Assembly: GCA_049659625.1 (NCBI GenBank)
Contig: JBASPX010000050.1
Span: 90,311-154,310, forward strand
Length of the DNA: 64,000 nt
Direction: 5' to 3'
Source: Candidatus Saccharicenans sp.
GTDB lineage: Bacteria > Acidobacteriota > Aminicenantia > Aminicenantales > Saccharicenantaceae
The notes beneath the pieces were generated by a model that was given only the letters and a program-made list of their open reading frames with translations, had not been told where the DNA came from and did not search any database. A program made the translations under genes and the position numbers. Within the stretch, counting starts at the first letter, position 1. Every line of letters starts with the position of its first letter. Shown here piece after piece: positions 39,146 through 48,829 of the stretch.

Positions 39146-40990
39146 CTACTTTTTTATTCTCACCGGAACGGTCACCGCCCCGCGAAAGACATAGGGCACC
39201 GGAAGCTGATATTCAATCAGGGTTGAGCGGCTGATCTCCGTCAGACCGGGAGTTGAGGCCCGGGGAGAAAGAAACATATTTTTAAGACTCGGTGGAAGGT
39301 TAGGAAGCTCCTCACCTTTAAGAAAGAGCCCTGGCCTCGGAGCGACCACCTTGAAATAAATACGGTTGTTTTTCCTCAAATTGCCCAGCAACCTGATCAG
39401 CTGGTCCAGGCTTCTTGGCCGGAAATCCTGAATCCGGTAAAGGCTTCTTTCGAGCTGCTGAATGTATCCGGCTTCCGCCACCACCAGCTGAAATTCAGTT
39501 CCTGGAGGAAGCGAAGGCGTCAGAAATTCCACCTCCTCACTCTTGAGCTCGTTGTTGTACGTCCGGAAGTAGGTTTTAATTTTGATCACTTCGCCAGGTT
39601 GAACTTCATACCTGTCCAGCAGCACTTTTTCCAGATTGGCCATCCTGGGCTGCTCCACCACCCTGATTTTCACTTCTATTTGATTTATAGTGAGATCTTT
39701 AAACTCGTTGTTCTTGAGCATATAAACGACAGCTGCCACCAATCCAGAAAGACCGGTGCTGGCCGTGTCCATGTTTCCGCTGAAAAGGTCTTCCAGATGA
39801 ACCGTCCTGGCGCCTTCCAGGAAAATATCGGCTTCAAAATCCGCTGAAAGCTGGCCATATGAACGCTCTTCGGAGGTCAGCAGGGTATACAGAGCCATAT
39901 TTATCAGAGCCGGAGTCAGAACCTGGTCGTTCACCAGCTTCAGTTTGAATTGTTTCCGAACGACCGGACTTTCCTGAAGCTCAATGTTGAGCGGAATATA
40001 ACGCGGAAGGGTTCCAGCTTCAGCCAGAAGACCGCTGGTGCGATCCTGCACTACCCGGCCGATTAACTTTCCGGTTGAAGCCAGTTTGAAAGAACTCTGC
40101 AGGCTGGGAACGACCGTCATTACCTCTGCCGTGGTCAGCCCGTAATCGACAGGTCCGAGATTATAAAAAGGATGTCCGAGAGCGAGTATCTTCTGCCCGT
40201 CCACATAGGTAACCGTGCCGACAGCCGTCAGGTCCAGGTCGCCTGAAATGAGCTGGATGCCGACAGCCTGACCTTCACTCAAAGAAATCGGTTCAGGTTT
40301 AAGCTTCAGGGTTTGAGGCGAAATCGCTACCATTCCGAGAACTGGCTGAAAGTTATGCTGGCTGAAAAAAGTCTGAAATTGTTTGAAGGATCTTTCGGAA
40401 AAACCTGAAAAAATAAGAGGAATTTTTACTGGAATGAAAGCTTCATTCAGACCCGGACTCTCTGCCCTCGGCCAGCTCTTTTCCGCATAAAACCGGCCGA
40501 GTTGTTCCTGGCTGTATTCGCTCAGGTTTATCTCAGGGAAACCCCCGCCCGGTCTTCTGACGCTCTCAGCAGATCTGATGAGAGCCAGCATTTCTTCAAT
40601 CGGTGTAATGCCGGCTATGGCTTCCCGGGCAAAAGCGTAACTGAAAGCCACCGCCCCGATGAGCTGACCGTCGATGTAGACCGGGCTGCCGCTCATCCCG
40701 GCCACCACTCCGGTGTTTTCCAGGCCAAGCCCCCGCAGCCTGGCCAGAATCACATTCCGGCGGGGCTGGACGTTTTCCATAATCCCGAGAATTTCCACCT
40801 GAAATTTTTCAACTTTCTGCCCGGCAAAAACGCTGCGACCCTCTCCTTTCATCCCGGGCTTCACCTGTGACAGCGGCATGATGGTGGTCGGGCCGGCTTC
40901 GACCGCAGGTGAAAGGGCTGCCCACAGGAAAATAACAATTGAAACAGCGAAATAAATCCTCAGTCTTTTTACCTGAGAGCTAAACGACAT
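39146..40990 (-). CDS. SpoIVB-type (S55) serine peptidase-domain protein with signal peptide
   Basis: GVVAGMSGSPVYIDGQLIGAV resembles the SpoIVB catalytic-serine region. The protein has an N-terminal signal/TM segment and is 614 aa. Confidence 0.5.
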   Translation of the reverse strand: MSFSSQVKRLRIYFAVSIVIFLWAALSPAVEAGPTTIMPLSQVKPGMKGEGRSVFAGQKVEKFQVEILGIMENVQPRRNVILARLRGLGLENTGVVAGMSGSPVYIDGQLIGAVAFSYAFAREAIAGITPIEEMLALIRSAESVRRPGGGFPEINLSEYSQEQLGRFYAEKSWPRAESPGLNEAFIPVKIPLIFSGFSERSFKQFQTFFSQHNFQPVLGMVAISPQTLKLKPEPISLSEGQAVGIQLISGDLDLTAVGTVTYVDGQKILALGHPFYNLGPVDYGLTTAEVMTVVPSLQSSFKLASTGKLIGRVVQDRTSGLLAEAGTLPRYIPLNIELQESPVVRKQFKLKLVNDQVLTPALINMALYTLLTSEERSYGQLSADFEADIFLEGARTVHLEDLFSGNMDTASTGLSGLVAAVVYMLKNNEFKDLTINQIEVKIRVVEQPRMANLEKVLLDRYEVQPGEVIKIKTYFRTYNNELKSEEVEFLTPSLPPGTEFQLVVAEAGYIQQLERSLYRIQDFRPRSLDQLIRLLGNLRKNNRIYFKVVAPRPGLFLKGEELPNLPPSLKNMFLSPRASTPGLTEISRSTLIEYQLPVPYVFRGAVTVPVRIKK

Positions 40991-41015
40991 TCCAGACCCC
41001 TAAGGGTAATGATGC

Positions 41016-42200
41016 TCATGGTATTATCCCGAGCGCCCGGCCGCATTTTTCAAAAGCAGCCAGAATAATTTGCAGTTCTTCATCAGTGTGATTGGCAGAA
41101 TAACTTGTCCTGATAAGAGCCTGGCCGTGAGGCACAGCCGGGTGGATAACCGGAGTGGTGAATATTCCTTCATCCCTCAGGGCCTTCCACATAGCGAAGC
41201 ATTTTTCATCGTCACCGATGACAATCGGAATAATCGGCGTCTGGCTTGGACCGGTGTTGAAGCCCAGTTTCTGGAAGCTTTCTCTCATAAAATTAGTTAC
41301 CTGCCACAACCTTTCTCTTCTTTCCGGCTCATTTTCGATGACTTCCAGCGCAGCCAGCACGGTGGCCACAGAGGCGGGGGTGGCTGCGGCGCTGAAAATC
41401 AGCGAGCGCGCATGGTGTTTGATGTAATTAACCACTTTTCTGGCGCCGACCACAAACCCTCCGATCGAGACGAAAGATTTGCTGAAGGTTCCCATGATCA
41501 GGTCAACTTCATCTTCAAGGCCAAAATGTTCGGCCGTCCCCCGTCCATTCTTGCCGAGCACTCCCAGACCATGGGCATCATCAACCATTACCCTGGCTCC
41601 ATACTTTTTCGCCAGCGAAACAACGCCGGGCAGGTTGATGATGTCGCCCTCCATGCTGAACACACCATCCACCACAATCATTTTGCCTTTATTGTCAGGA
41701 ATTTCCGCTAGAACTCTTTCCAGATCCTCCATATCATTATGCTTGAATTTTTTCACTTCTGCCCTGGACATGCGGCAGGCATCTATGATGCTGGCATGGT
41801 CCATACGGTCGGTTATGACCACATCATCCTTTCCGGCCAGCGCGGTGATAATTCCCAGATTGGTCTGATAGCCGGTGGAAAAAGTCACCGCCGCTTCTTT
41901 TTTCATAAACCTGGCCAGTCTTTCTTCAAGGATTTCATGAAGGTCGATAGTCCCGGTCAGAAAACGTGAGCCGCAGGTAGCCACTCCATATCTGTCGATG
42001 GCCTCTTTGGCCGCCTGCTTGACCTTCGGGTGGTCAATCAGTCCGAGATAATTGTTCGAACCGGTTAAAATCATCTCCCGGCCTCTAACCTTCACTCTGT
42101 TACCCCTGGCTTCAGAAATCGGGGTAAAGTAAGGATAAAGACCGGCTGCTATGACCTCTTCGTCGCGAGTAAACTGGTAACACTTGTCAAAAATGTCCAT
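41016..42200 (-). CDS. PLP-dependent alpha-oxoamine synthase family enzyme (8-amino-7-oxononanoate synthase / 2-amino-3-ketobutyrate CoA ligase / serine palmitoyltransferase family)
   Basis: PLP-lysine motif GTFSKSFVSIGGFVVG, plus DDAHGLGVLGKNGRG. I placed the start at MDIFDK (ATG at 42200), which is preceded by AGGAGG at optimal spacing. Confidence 0.8.
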   Translation of the reverse strand: MDIFDKCYQFTRDEEVIAAGLYPYFTPISEARGNRVKVRGREMILTGSNNYLGLIDHPKVKQAAKEAIDRYGVATCGSRFLTGTIDLHEILEERLARFMKKEAAVTFSTGYQTNLGIITALAGKDDVVITDRMDHASIIDACRMSRAEVKKFKHNDMEDLERVLAEIPDNKGKMIVVDGVFSMEGDIINLPGVVSLAKKYGARVMVDDAHGLGVLGKNGRGTAEHFGLEDEVDLIMGTFSKSFVSIGGFVVGARKVVNYIKHHARSLIFSAAATPASVATVLAALEVIENEPERRERLWQVTNFMRESFQKLGFNTGPSQTPIIPIVIGDDEKCFAMWKALRDEGIFTTPVIHPAVPHGQALIRTSYSANHTDEELQIILAAFEKCGRALGIIP

Positions 42201-42279
42201 CTTTTCCTCCTGACATCTCACCTGAATTGTTTCCTCAGGCTCATTATTTAAATTTTTTTCAAACCTTTTTCAAGCCGGA

Positions 42280-42308
42280 TTGACCGTTCGTCGCGCCTGT
42301 TCTAAAAT
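42280..42308 (+). promoter_or_regulatory. Putative sigma70-type promoter for the epimerase/dehydratase gene (very short leader)
   Basis: TTGACC (42280-42285), 17-nt spacer, TAAAAT (42303-42308). The ATG at 42315 lies only 6 nt downstream and has no Shine-Dalgarno, suggesting a near-leaderless transcript. Confidence 0.4.
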
Positions 42309-42314
42309 CTCCAC

Positions 42315-43283
42315 ATGATTTCCCTGGTCACCGGAGCTACCGGCTTTATCGGCAGCCGTCTCGTCGAAAACCTTCTTGACCGGGGGCATCAGGTTTATGC
42401 CCTTGTCCGCAACCCGGCGCGACTTAACTGGCTTCAGTCAGCCTCCGATTTAACATTGCTCAGAGGAGACCTTTTCTCCCTGCCGCCGCTTCCGTCCGAC
42501 CTGGAAGTGGTTTTTCATCTGGCCGGCCTGACCAAAGCTCTGTCAAAACGCGATTATTATACAGTAAATAAGGAAGGCACGGCAAGCTTGCTGAAAAAAC
42601 TTGAACAGAGCGGATTGAGACCGCGTTTCGTCCACCTGAGCAGTCTGGCCGCAGGCAGTCCTTCAATCGACGGGAAACCGGTTTCAGAAGACGATCCACC
42701 ATCACCCGCCTCCCCCTACGGTCACAGCAAACTTCTGGCAGAAAAAGAAGTTCTGGCCAGAAAAGACCGGATGGAAGTGGTCATTCTGAGAGCTGCAGCC
42801 ATCTATGGACCCCGCGACCAGGACTTCCTCCAGTACTTTCAATCGATAAACAAAGGCTGGCTGCCGACCTTCAGCCGTCCTTTGATTATGAGCCTTTGTT
42901 ATGTGGACGACCTGGTCAGGGCTATGATAGTGAGTGCCACGGCATCCGTAGAAAGCGGCAGGATATACAATGTGGCTGACCCGGTTCCCCGCACCTGGGA
43001 AGAAATAGGTCTGGAAGCTGCCCGCCTTCTCAAAAAGAAAGTCAGAATAATTAAATTTCCACTCTGGACGGTCAAAATGGCAGCCGGAGCTTCCGAAGTT
43101 TTTGCCAGGATTTCAGGCAAACCCGGTCCGCTTAATCTCAGCAAATATCGGGAGCTGGAAAAATCAGCCTGGGTGGCTGACGTCAGCAAAATAAAAAAGG
43201 AACTGGGGTTTGAAACGACCTGGCCTTTTGAACGAGCGATGGAAATTACCATATCATGGTACAGGGAAAACGGATGGCTTTAA
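42315..43283 (+). CDS. NAD-dependent epimerase/dehydratase (extended SDR) family protein
   Basis: N-terminal VTGATGFIGSRLVENLL Rossmann motif. 322 aa, GalE-like size. Confidence 0.8.
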   Translation: MISLVTGATGFIGSRLVENLLDRGHQVYALVRNPARLNWLQSASDLTLLRGDLFSLPPLPSDLEVVFHLAGLTKALSKRDYYTVNKEGTASLLKKLEQSGLRPRFVHLSSLAAGSPSIDGKPVSEDDPPSPASPYGHSKLLAEKEVLARKDRMEVVILRAAAIYGPRDQDFLQYFQSINKGWLPTFSRPLIMSLCYVDDLVRAMIVSATASVESGRIYNVADPVPRTWEEIGLEAARLLKKKVRIIKFPLWTVKMAAGASEVFARISGKPGPLNLSKYRELEKSAWVADVSKIKKELGFETTWPFERAMEITISWYRENGWL

Positions 43284-43357
43284 GAATTCCTCTTTATTAT
43301 TTCCACTTTTTCTGATAAAAATTTAATTCCTTAAATAAATAACAGGAGTCATCATCA

Positions 43358-44362
43358 ATGGCAGAGATCAGAACAGTTATAACAGGAATCGGGCATTATG
43401 TGCCTCCCAGGGTGGTCACCAATTTCGACCTGGAAAAGATGATGAACACCTCTGATGAGTGGATCAGGGAAAGGACGGGAATTATCGAACGCCACTGGGT
43501 CGAGCCGGGAGTCGGCACCTCGGACCTGGCAACAGAAGCGGCGATCAGAGCTATTGAGAACGCCGGCATAGACAAATCTGAAATTGATTTCATAATAGCC
43601 GCCACTCTTTCTCCTGACCATTATTTCCCCGGGATCGGAGTGATGGTCCAGGCGAAGCTGGGTCTGGGAGAAATCGGTGCCCTGGACGTAAGAAATCAGT
43701 GCTCGGGATTCATCTACGCGCTCTCAGTGGCTGATCAATACATCAGGACCGGCACCTGCAAAAAGATTCTGCTGGTGGCGGCCGAAGTGCAATCGGCCAA
43801 TCTGGACTTCTCGGATGAAGGGCGGGACATGGCTGTTCTCTTTGGAGACGGCGCCGGAGCTGTCATTCTCGAACCTAACACTTCGGGCGACGGCCGCGGC
43901 GTTCTCTCCTGCCACCTTTTCTCAGACGGACGGTTTGTCAGCGAGCTGTGGATGGAAAAACCGTCCTCCAGGGACAATCCCACCTTCCAGCCCGAGTTTT
44001 TCGCCCAGGGCAGATTTTATCCCAGGATGAACGGAAGGATGGTATTCAAGAACGCCTGCGAAAAAATGCCCCAGGCAGTGCTTTATGGCCTGAAGCAACT
44101 GGGCCTGACCATTGATGACGTGGATTATCTTATACCCCATCAGGCCAACGACCGGATTTCTCAGATGGTGGCCAGAGGATTGAAAATTCCGGAAGAAAAG
44201 GTGATTAGAAACATAAGCCGATACGGTAACACCACAGCCGCTTCCATCCCGATAGCTCTTTCGGAGGCAGTTCAGGAAGGTCGGATAAAACCAGGCATGC
44301 TGATTGCGCTGACCGCTTTTGGAGCGGGCTTCACCTGGGGTTCAGCCTTTATCAGGTGGTAA
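43358..44362 (+). CDS. fabH: 3-oxoacyl-[ACP] synthase III
   Basis: 334 aa with active-site Cys context NQCSGFIYAL and a C-terminal His/Asn region (…HQANDRI…GNTTAASIP…). Confidence 0.85.
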   Translation: MAEIRTVITGIGHYVPPRVVTNFDLEKMMNTSDEWIRERTGIIERHWVEPGVGTSDLATEAAIRAIENAGIDKSEIDFIIAATLSPDHYFPGIGVMVQAKLGLGEIGALDVRNQCSGFIYALSVADQYIRTGTCKKILLVAAEVQSANLDFSDEGRDMAVLFGDGAGAVILEPNTSGDGRGVLSCHLFSDGRFVSELWMEKPSSRDNPTFQPEFFAQGRFYPRMNGRMVFKNACEKMPQAVLYGLKQLGLTIDDVDYLIPHQANDRISQMVARGLKIPEEKVIRNISRYGNTTAASIPIALSEAVQEGRIKPGMLIALTAFGAGFTWGSAFIRW

Positions 44363-44464
44363 AATATTTTTGGTGATTGATATTAAAAATAAAAATATGT
44401 TATCCTAATTTTTTGAAAACGAATGAGGCTTTTGCCGGTTAATAAATCGTAGGAGGTATCAGGA

Positions 44465-46231
44465 ATGAAGAAGACAAGACTTTTTGTCCTGGCCTGCACG
44501 TTGTTCATTCTTTTTCTGCCACTCGGGCAGGCCATAGCCCAGAGCTCGGAGGATGCCAAATTCCAGAAGGTTCTGGAAACCTATCTCGACGAATACTGGA
44601 AATTTTATCCGACCCAGGCCACCATTGCCGGCTACTATAAGTACAATGACCGTCTGGAAGATCCGAGCGAAGCCGCTGTCGATAAAAGAGACGAGATTCT
44701 CAAAAAAATAAACAGCGACATCATCAAGATCGACCGGGCAAAACTTTCCCCCGAAAATCAGCAGGCGTTGAACATCCTCTTTGATTACATCGACCTGGAG
44801 TTTGTCAACCTGGAAAACCTGCTTCCCTGGGATTACAACCCGCTTTTTTATAACAACATTATCATTAACAGCATCCACTCCCTTCTGACAAAAGACTTTG
44901 CTCCTGTTGAGGCCAGAGTGCGCAGCGCTACGGCCAGGCTCAAAGCGATGCCCACACTGTTAAAAAGAGCCAGAGAGAACTTAAAAACACCGGCTCAGAT
45001 ATACACCGAAACCGCCCTGAAGCAAATGCCCCACATTATCAATTTCTACAAAAATGAAGCACCCGCTCTGGCTGAAGGCGCTTCCACTCCGGTGAAGGAT
45101 GCTTTTATAGCTGAGCTCAACAGGGTAATCCCGTTGCTCGAAGATTATCAGAGATTTCTCCGGGCTGAAATCCTTCCTAAATCCACGGGCAATTTCCGTC
45201 TCGGGCCTGAGGTTCACCGCCGGATGATCCAGAGACTGTCCGGTTCAGCCATCAGCCAGGAAGAACTGGCAGCCCGGGCTCAGACCGACGTGAAGAACAT
45301 CCGGCGCGATATGTTTCTGGTCTGCATTCCGCTGCATAAAATGATGTACCCGGAGATCGATATAGAACAGATCCCCGGAGATAATCCTGATGTTATCTGG
45401 AACAAAGTTATCAAAAACGTCTTTGATAAACTAAAGGATTTCCATCCAACCAGAGAAGAACTGATCAGCAGAATAAGCGCCTCGGCTGAAAACATCAAGA
45501 AATTTAATCAGCAGACCCACCTTTTCCCTGTTCCCGAAGAAACTCTGGAAATTAAGAGCATGCCGGGCTATTTTGCCGGGCTGTCTACCTTCAGGTTGAC
45601 CGGGCCCGGTGCCTATGATACCCGTGGTCAGTACATCCTGGAAATTGCCCCTGTTCCGGAAGACTGGTCCGATCAGAAAATCAACAATTATCTTGAAGAA
45701 TATAACAATTACTACCTGGAAGTGATGACTGCTCAGAACGTATTTCCAGGGAGCTTTGTTCCCCTGGCTCTAACCAGAAAAGCTTCCAGTCTGGTGACCA
45801 GAATATATCCAAACCCGGCGCTGCTTATGGGCTGGCCCATCTATGTCCAGGAGCAGATCCTTTATTCAGGTTACGGATATTACGACCTGAGACTCAGATT
45901 AAACCAGCTGAAACTTATGCTGAAAACAGTGATGGATTTTCAGATGGACCTCAACATACACCAGGGTGGAATAACCAAAGAGCAGTTCATGAGATACCTG
46001 ACTGTTACCGGCTTCCAGACTGAGGCCGAAGCTGAAAGGAAATGGGAATATCTGGTGCTCAATCCGGGTTCCGGCGCTCTTCCCTACATCGGTCTTCAGG
46101 AAATCCTCGACCTGGAAAAAGACGCCCGGAGAACCAAAGGAGATGCTTTCAACCGGGTTGAATTCATAAAGAAACTGCTCTCGAACGGCGCCCTGCCGCC
46201 AATTCAGTTGAGATCCCGCATACTTAACTGA
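44465..46231 (+). CDS. Secreted DUF885-family protein
   Basis: Signal peptide. The N-terminal pattern YLDEYWKFYPTQATIAGYYKYNDRLEDPSEAA matches the conserved start of DUF885 proteins, and 588 aa is the typical size. Confidence 0.6.
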   Translation: MKKTRLFVLACTLFILFLPLGQAIAQSSEDAKFQKVLETYLDEYWKFYPTQATIAGYYKYNDRLEDPSEAAVDKRDEILKKINSDIIKIDRAKLSPENQQALNILFDYIDLEFVNLENLLPWDYNPLFYNNIIINSIHSLLTKDFAPVEARVRSATARLKAMPTLLKRARENLKTPAQIYTETALKQMPHIINFYKNEAPALAEGASTPVKDAFIAELNRVIPLLEDYQRFLRAEILPKSTGNFRLGPEVHRRMIQRLSGSAISQEELAARAQTDVKNIRRDMFLVCIPLHKMMYPEIDIEQIPGDNPDVIWNKVIKNVFDKLKDFHPTREELISRISASAENIKKFNQQTHLFPVPEETLEIKSMPGYFAGLSTFRLTGPGAYDTRGQYILEIAPVPEDWSDQKINNYLEEYNNYYLEVMTAQNVFPGSFVPLALTRKASSLVTRIYPNPALLMGWPIYVQEQILYSGYGYYDLRLRLNQLKLMLKTVMDFQMDLNIHQGGITKEQFMRYLTVTGFQTEAEAERKWEYLVLNPGSGALPYIGLQEILDLEKDARRTKGDAFNRVEFIKKLLSNGALPPIQLRSRILN

Positions 46232-46246
46232 TGAAATGAAAAAAAA

Positions 46247-46282
46247 AGAGGAGGGACTGAAAAAAGCCCTCCTCTTTTTTTA
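46247..46282 (+). terminator. Rho-independent terminator downstream of the DUF885 gene
   Basis: 9-bp GC-rich stem AGAGGAGGG / CCCTCCTCT with an 11-nt loop, followed directly by TTTTTTT. Confidence 0.7.
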
Positions 46283-46329
46283 TAATTGCCCTGATATCAG
46301 AAAATAATCCGAAAAGGCGTTAAATAGAA

Positions 46330-47145
46330 ATGAATATTTCTGTTTCCCTGGTGGATTCTCATGCTCATCTTGATATGCAGGAGTTTAATCCTGACCGCCA
46401 GCAGGTAATTGAACGCGCGCGACGGTCTGGCATCCACCGGATACTCTGCCCGCTCGACCTCTCCTCTGAAGAAAGCCTGCGAATCGGATTTGAGCTGAGC
46501 CAGAAAAATCCTGACATTTTGCTGGCGGCCGGAATTCATCCTCATCAGGCCAGTCAGTTGAAAACGTGTCATCTTGATAATCTTAAAAAACTCGCTAAAG
46601 AAAATAAGATCCTGGCTGTGGGAGAAATCGGCCTCGATTTTCACTACAACTTCTCATCGCGGGATAAACAGCTGGAAGCCTTTAAGCTCCAGCTTGAGCT
46701 GGCCACCGAGCTCGGACTTCCAGCGATCATCCACAGCCGGGAAGCGGAGAAAGAACTTCTGGAATTGATTCCAGACCCAGGATTTTCTCCTGGTGGGATC
46801 CTTCATTGCTTCACAGAATCCTACGAAACCGCCAGAAAGATGATAGACAGGGGTTTTCTTATCTCCTTTTCTGGCATCCTGACTTATCCGGGGGCTGAAC
46901 AGATCAGGGAGACCGCCAGAAAACTGCCTCTCGACCGCTTGCTGGTGGAAACCGATTCGCCTTACCTGACTCCTCTCCCGGAAAAGAAGAAATACAGAAG
47001 AAATGAACCCGCTTTCATCTTGTCCACCGCTCGCCTGCTGGCTGAACTGCATAAAATAACCTTAGAAGAACTGGCAGAAATAACCGGAGCCAATTTTTCC
47101 CTCCTCCTGAAATTGAAAAAACAGACTCCTGATGTTAAGATGTAA
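46330..47145 (+). CDS. tatD: TatD-family metal-dependent hydrolase (DNase)
   Basis: N-terminal VDSHAHLD motif and downstream conserved His/Glu/Asp positions (…GEIGLDFHYN…IHSREA…ETDSPYL). Confidence 0.85.
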   Translation: MNISVSLVDSHAHLDMQEFNPDRQQVIERARRSGIHRILCPLDLSSEESLRIGFELSQKNPDILLAAGIHPHQASQLKTCHLDNLKKLAKENKILAVGEIGLDFHYNFSSRDKQLEAFKLQLELATELGLPAIIHSREAEKELLELIPDPGFSPGGILHCFTESYETARKMIDRGFLISFSGILTYPGAEQIRETARKLPLDRLLVETDSPYLTPLPEKKKYRRNEPAFILSTARLLAELHKITLEELAEITGANFSLLLKLKKQTPDVKM

Positions 47146-47169
47146 TAACTCAAGATAATAGCTCTAATT

Positions 47170-48195
47170 ATGACAGGAAGTTTTTTGCTGCCACAACCGC
47201 CAGAAAAAATACCTGAACTTGAAGAAATTTTTCTCCCGGTAAAAAAAGACCTGGCCTCGGTAGAAAGGATTCTCCGGAGCTGGCCTAAAGCCACTCCGGT
47301 GGTTTTGCGTCGCCTGACCGCTGGAGCCATCCGCCGACAGGGCAAGCTGATCCGCCCGGGCATTCTACTGCTCATCGCCGGCCATCTTGGAATCAGCCAG
47401 AGAAAAAGAGCGGCAGTTCTGGCCGCAGCCGTCGAAACCATGCATTTAGCCAGCTTAATTCATGACGATATCATCGATCGTTCGGCTTTCCGCCGCGGGG
47501 TGAAGACAGCCCTGGAAAAATTCGGGCCTGATTTCAGCCTTCTTCTTGGAGATTTTCTGTTTGTCCATTCTCTGGCAACCTCATTTTCTGTGAAAGACCC
47601 CGCTATCACGGCTCTCCTGGCTGAAGCCGCGAGGGAGATGATCGAGGGAGAAACGGAAGAACTGGCCAGCAGTTACAACTTCAACCTCAGCCAGAAAAAA
47701 TACATGAAAATAATCGCGAAAAAGACGGCCACTCTTTTCCGCACCACCTGCAGGTTAGCCTGCCGGCTGGGGAAAGCTTCTTTAAGGGAAACGAGAGCTC
47801 TGGAAAATTACGGTTTTAACCTGGGCCTGACCTTTCAAATCATAGATGATTTGCTCGATATCACAGGCGACCCGAAAAAAACAGGTAAGCCCGTTTTTTC
47901 CGACCTTAAAGAAGGAAGAATAACCCTGCCCCTGATCATCGCCCTGAAAAAATCAGATGACCGGGGCAAAGAAGAATTAAAAAGGCGTCTGGAACATTTC
48001 AAAAACAACCCGGAACCGGAAATTCCCGGTCTGATACTGGACTGGCTCAAAAAAAGCGGAGCTCTCGAGGACACCTTAAACCAGGCTTTTATCCAGGCTG
48101 AAAAAGCCAGAGCCTCTCTCAAAATCCTGAATCCGACAGCACATAGAGAATCTCTGGCCAGATTAATTGATTTTGTCCTCTGGAGAAATAATTAG
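47170..48195 (+). CDS. Polyprenyl diphosphate synthase (trans-isoprenyl diphosphate synthase family)
   Basis: First Asp-rich motif LIHDDIIDRS and second motif FQIIDDLLD. Confidence 0.85.
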   Translation: MTGSFLLPQPPEKIPELEEIFLPVKKDLASVERILRSWPKATPVVLRRLTAGAIRRQGKLIRPGILLLIAGHLGISQRKRAAVLAAAVETMHLASLIHDDIIDRSAFRRGVKTALEKFGPDFSLLLGDFLFVHSLATSFSVKDPAITALLAEAAREMIEGETEELASSYNFNLSQKKYMKIIAKKTATLFRTTCRLACRLGKASLRETRALENYGFNLGLTFQIIDDLLDITGDPKKTGKPVFSDLKEGRITLPLIIALKKSDDRGKEELKRRLEHFKNNPEPEIPGLILDWLKKSGALEDTLNQAFIQAEKARASLKILNPTAHRESLARLIDFVLWRNN

Positions 48196-48211
48196 GGAGA
48201 ATTTATCGGCA

Positions 48212-48829
48212 ATGATTGAAACCGAGGTTAAGATAAAAATTTCTGACATAAAAGAAACCAAAGAGAAGCTTCTGGCCGTCGGCTGCCAGGTGGATCGTGA
48301 GTTCTATCGAGAACACAACATATTTTATGACTTTGCTGACGGAAGGCTGGAGAAAAGCCGGCAGGCCCTGCGCTTGAGGAGGATTGAGCGCAAGGCATTT
48401 CTTACCTTCAAGGGACAACCGCAAAAGTCCAGGTCCTTTAAAGTCCGGGAGGAATACGAAAGCGAGGTTAAAAATTACAGGAATATAAGAAAAATACTCA
48501 AAAAACTCGGTTTGAGACCGACTTTTGAATACCGGAAGAAGAGAATGCTTCTGCGCCGGGGCAGGGTAAAAATCTGCCTGGATATCACCGAAGTTGGCAA
48601 TTACCTTGAACTTGAAGGGAAAAGAAGCGATATCGTCAAATTGGCCCGGCAGCTCGGTTATTCAAGAAAAGATTTTATCAAACTGGACTATGTGCAGATG
48701 ATCATAGAAAAAAGGCAGCGGGATCAGAGTTCTTCTTCACCAAAATCCTCTTCCTCTTCTTCCTCTTCTTCTGGAAACTCTTCGAGTTCCTCTTCGGAAA
48801 ATTCTTCCTCCAGCTCTTCCGGTTCCTGA
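48212..48829 (+). CDS. CYTH-domain protein (class IV adenylyl cyclase / triphosphatase fold) with Ser-rich C-terminal tail
   Basis: N-terminal IETEVKIKI (ExExK CYTH motif). AGGGAG RBS precedes the ATG at 48212. The final ~35 codons are a poly-Ser stretch antisense to the rpoZ acidic tail. Confidence 0.7.
   Translation: MIETEVKIKISDIKETKEKLLAVGCQVDREFYREHNIFYDFADGRLEKSRQALRLRRIERKAFLTFKGQPQKSRSFKVREEYESEVKNYRNIRKILKKLGLRPTFEYRKKRMLLRRGRVKICLDITEVGNYLELEGKRSDIVKLARQLGYSRKDFIKLDYVQMIIEKRQRDQSSSSPKSSSSSSSSSGNSSSSSSENSSSSSSGS

Noticed and set aside
48724-48829. Ser-rich tail of the CYTH protein as a genuine low-complexity domain or CRISPR-like repeat
   Set aside because: The periodicity is a codon-level GAA/GAG (TTC/CTC) simple repeat encoding the rpoZ Glu tail on the other strand, not spaced direct repeats with unique spacers. 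I saw no CRISPR array anywhere in the window.
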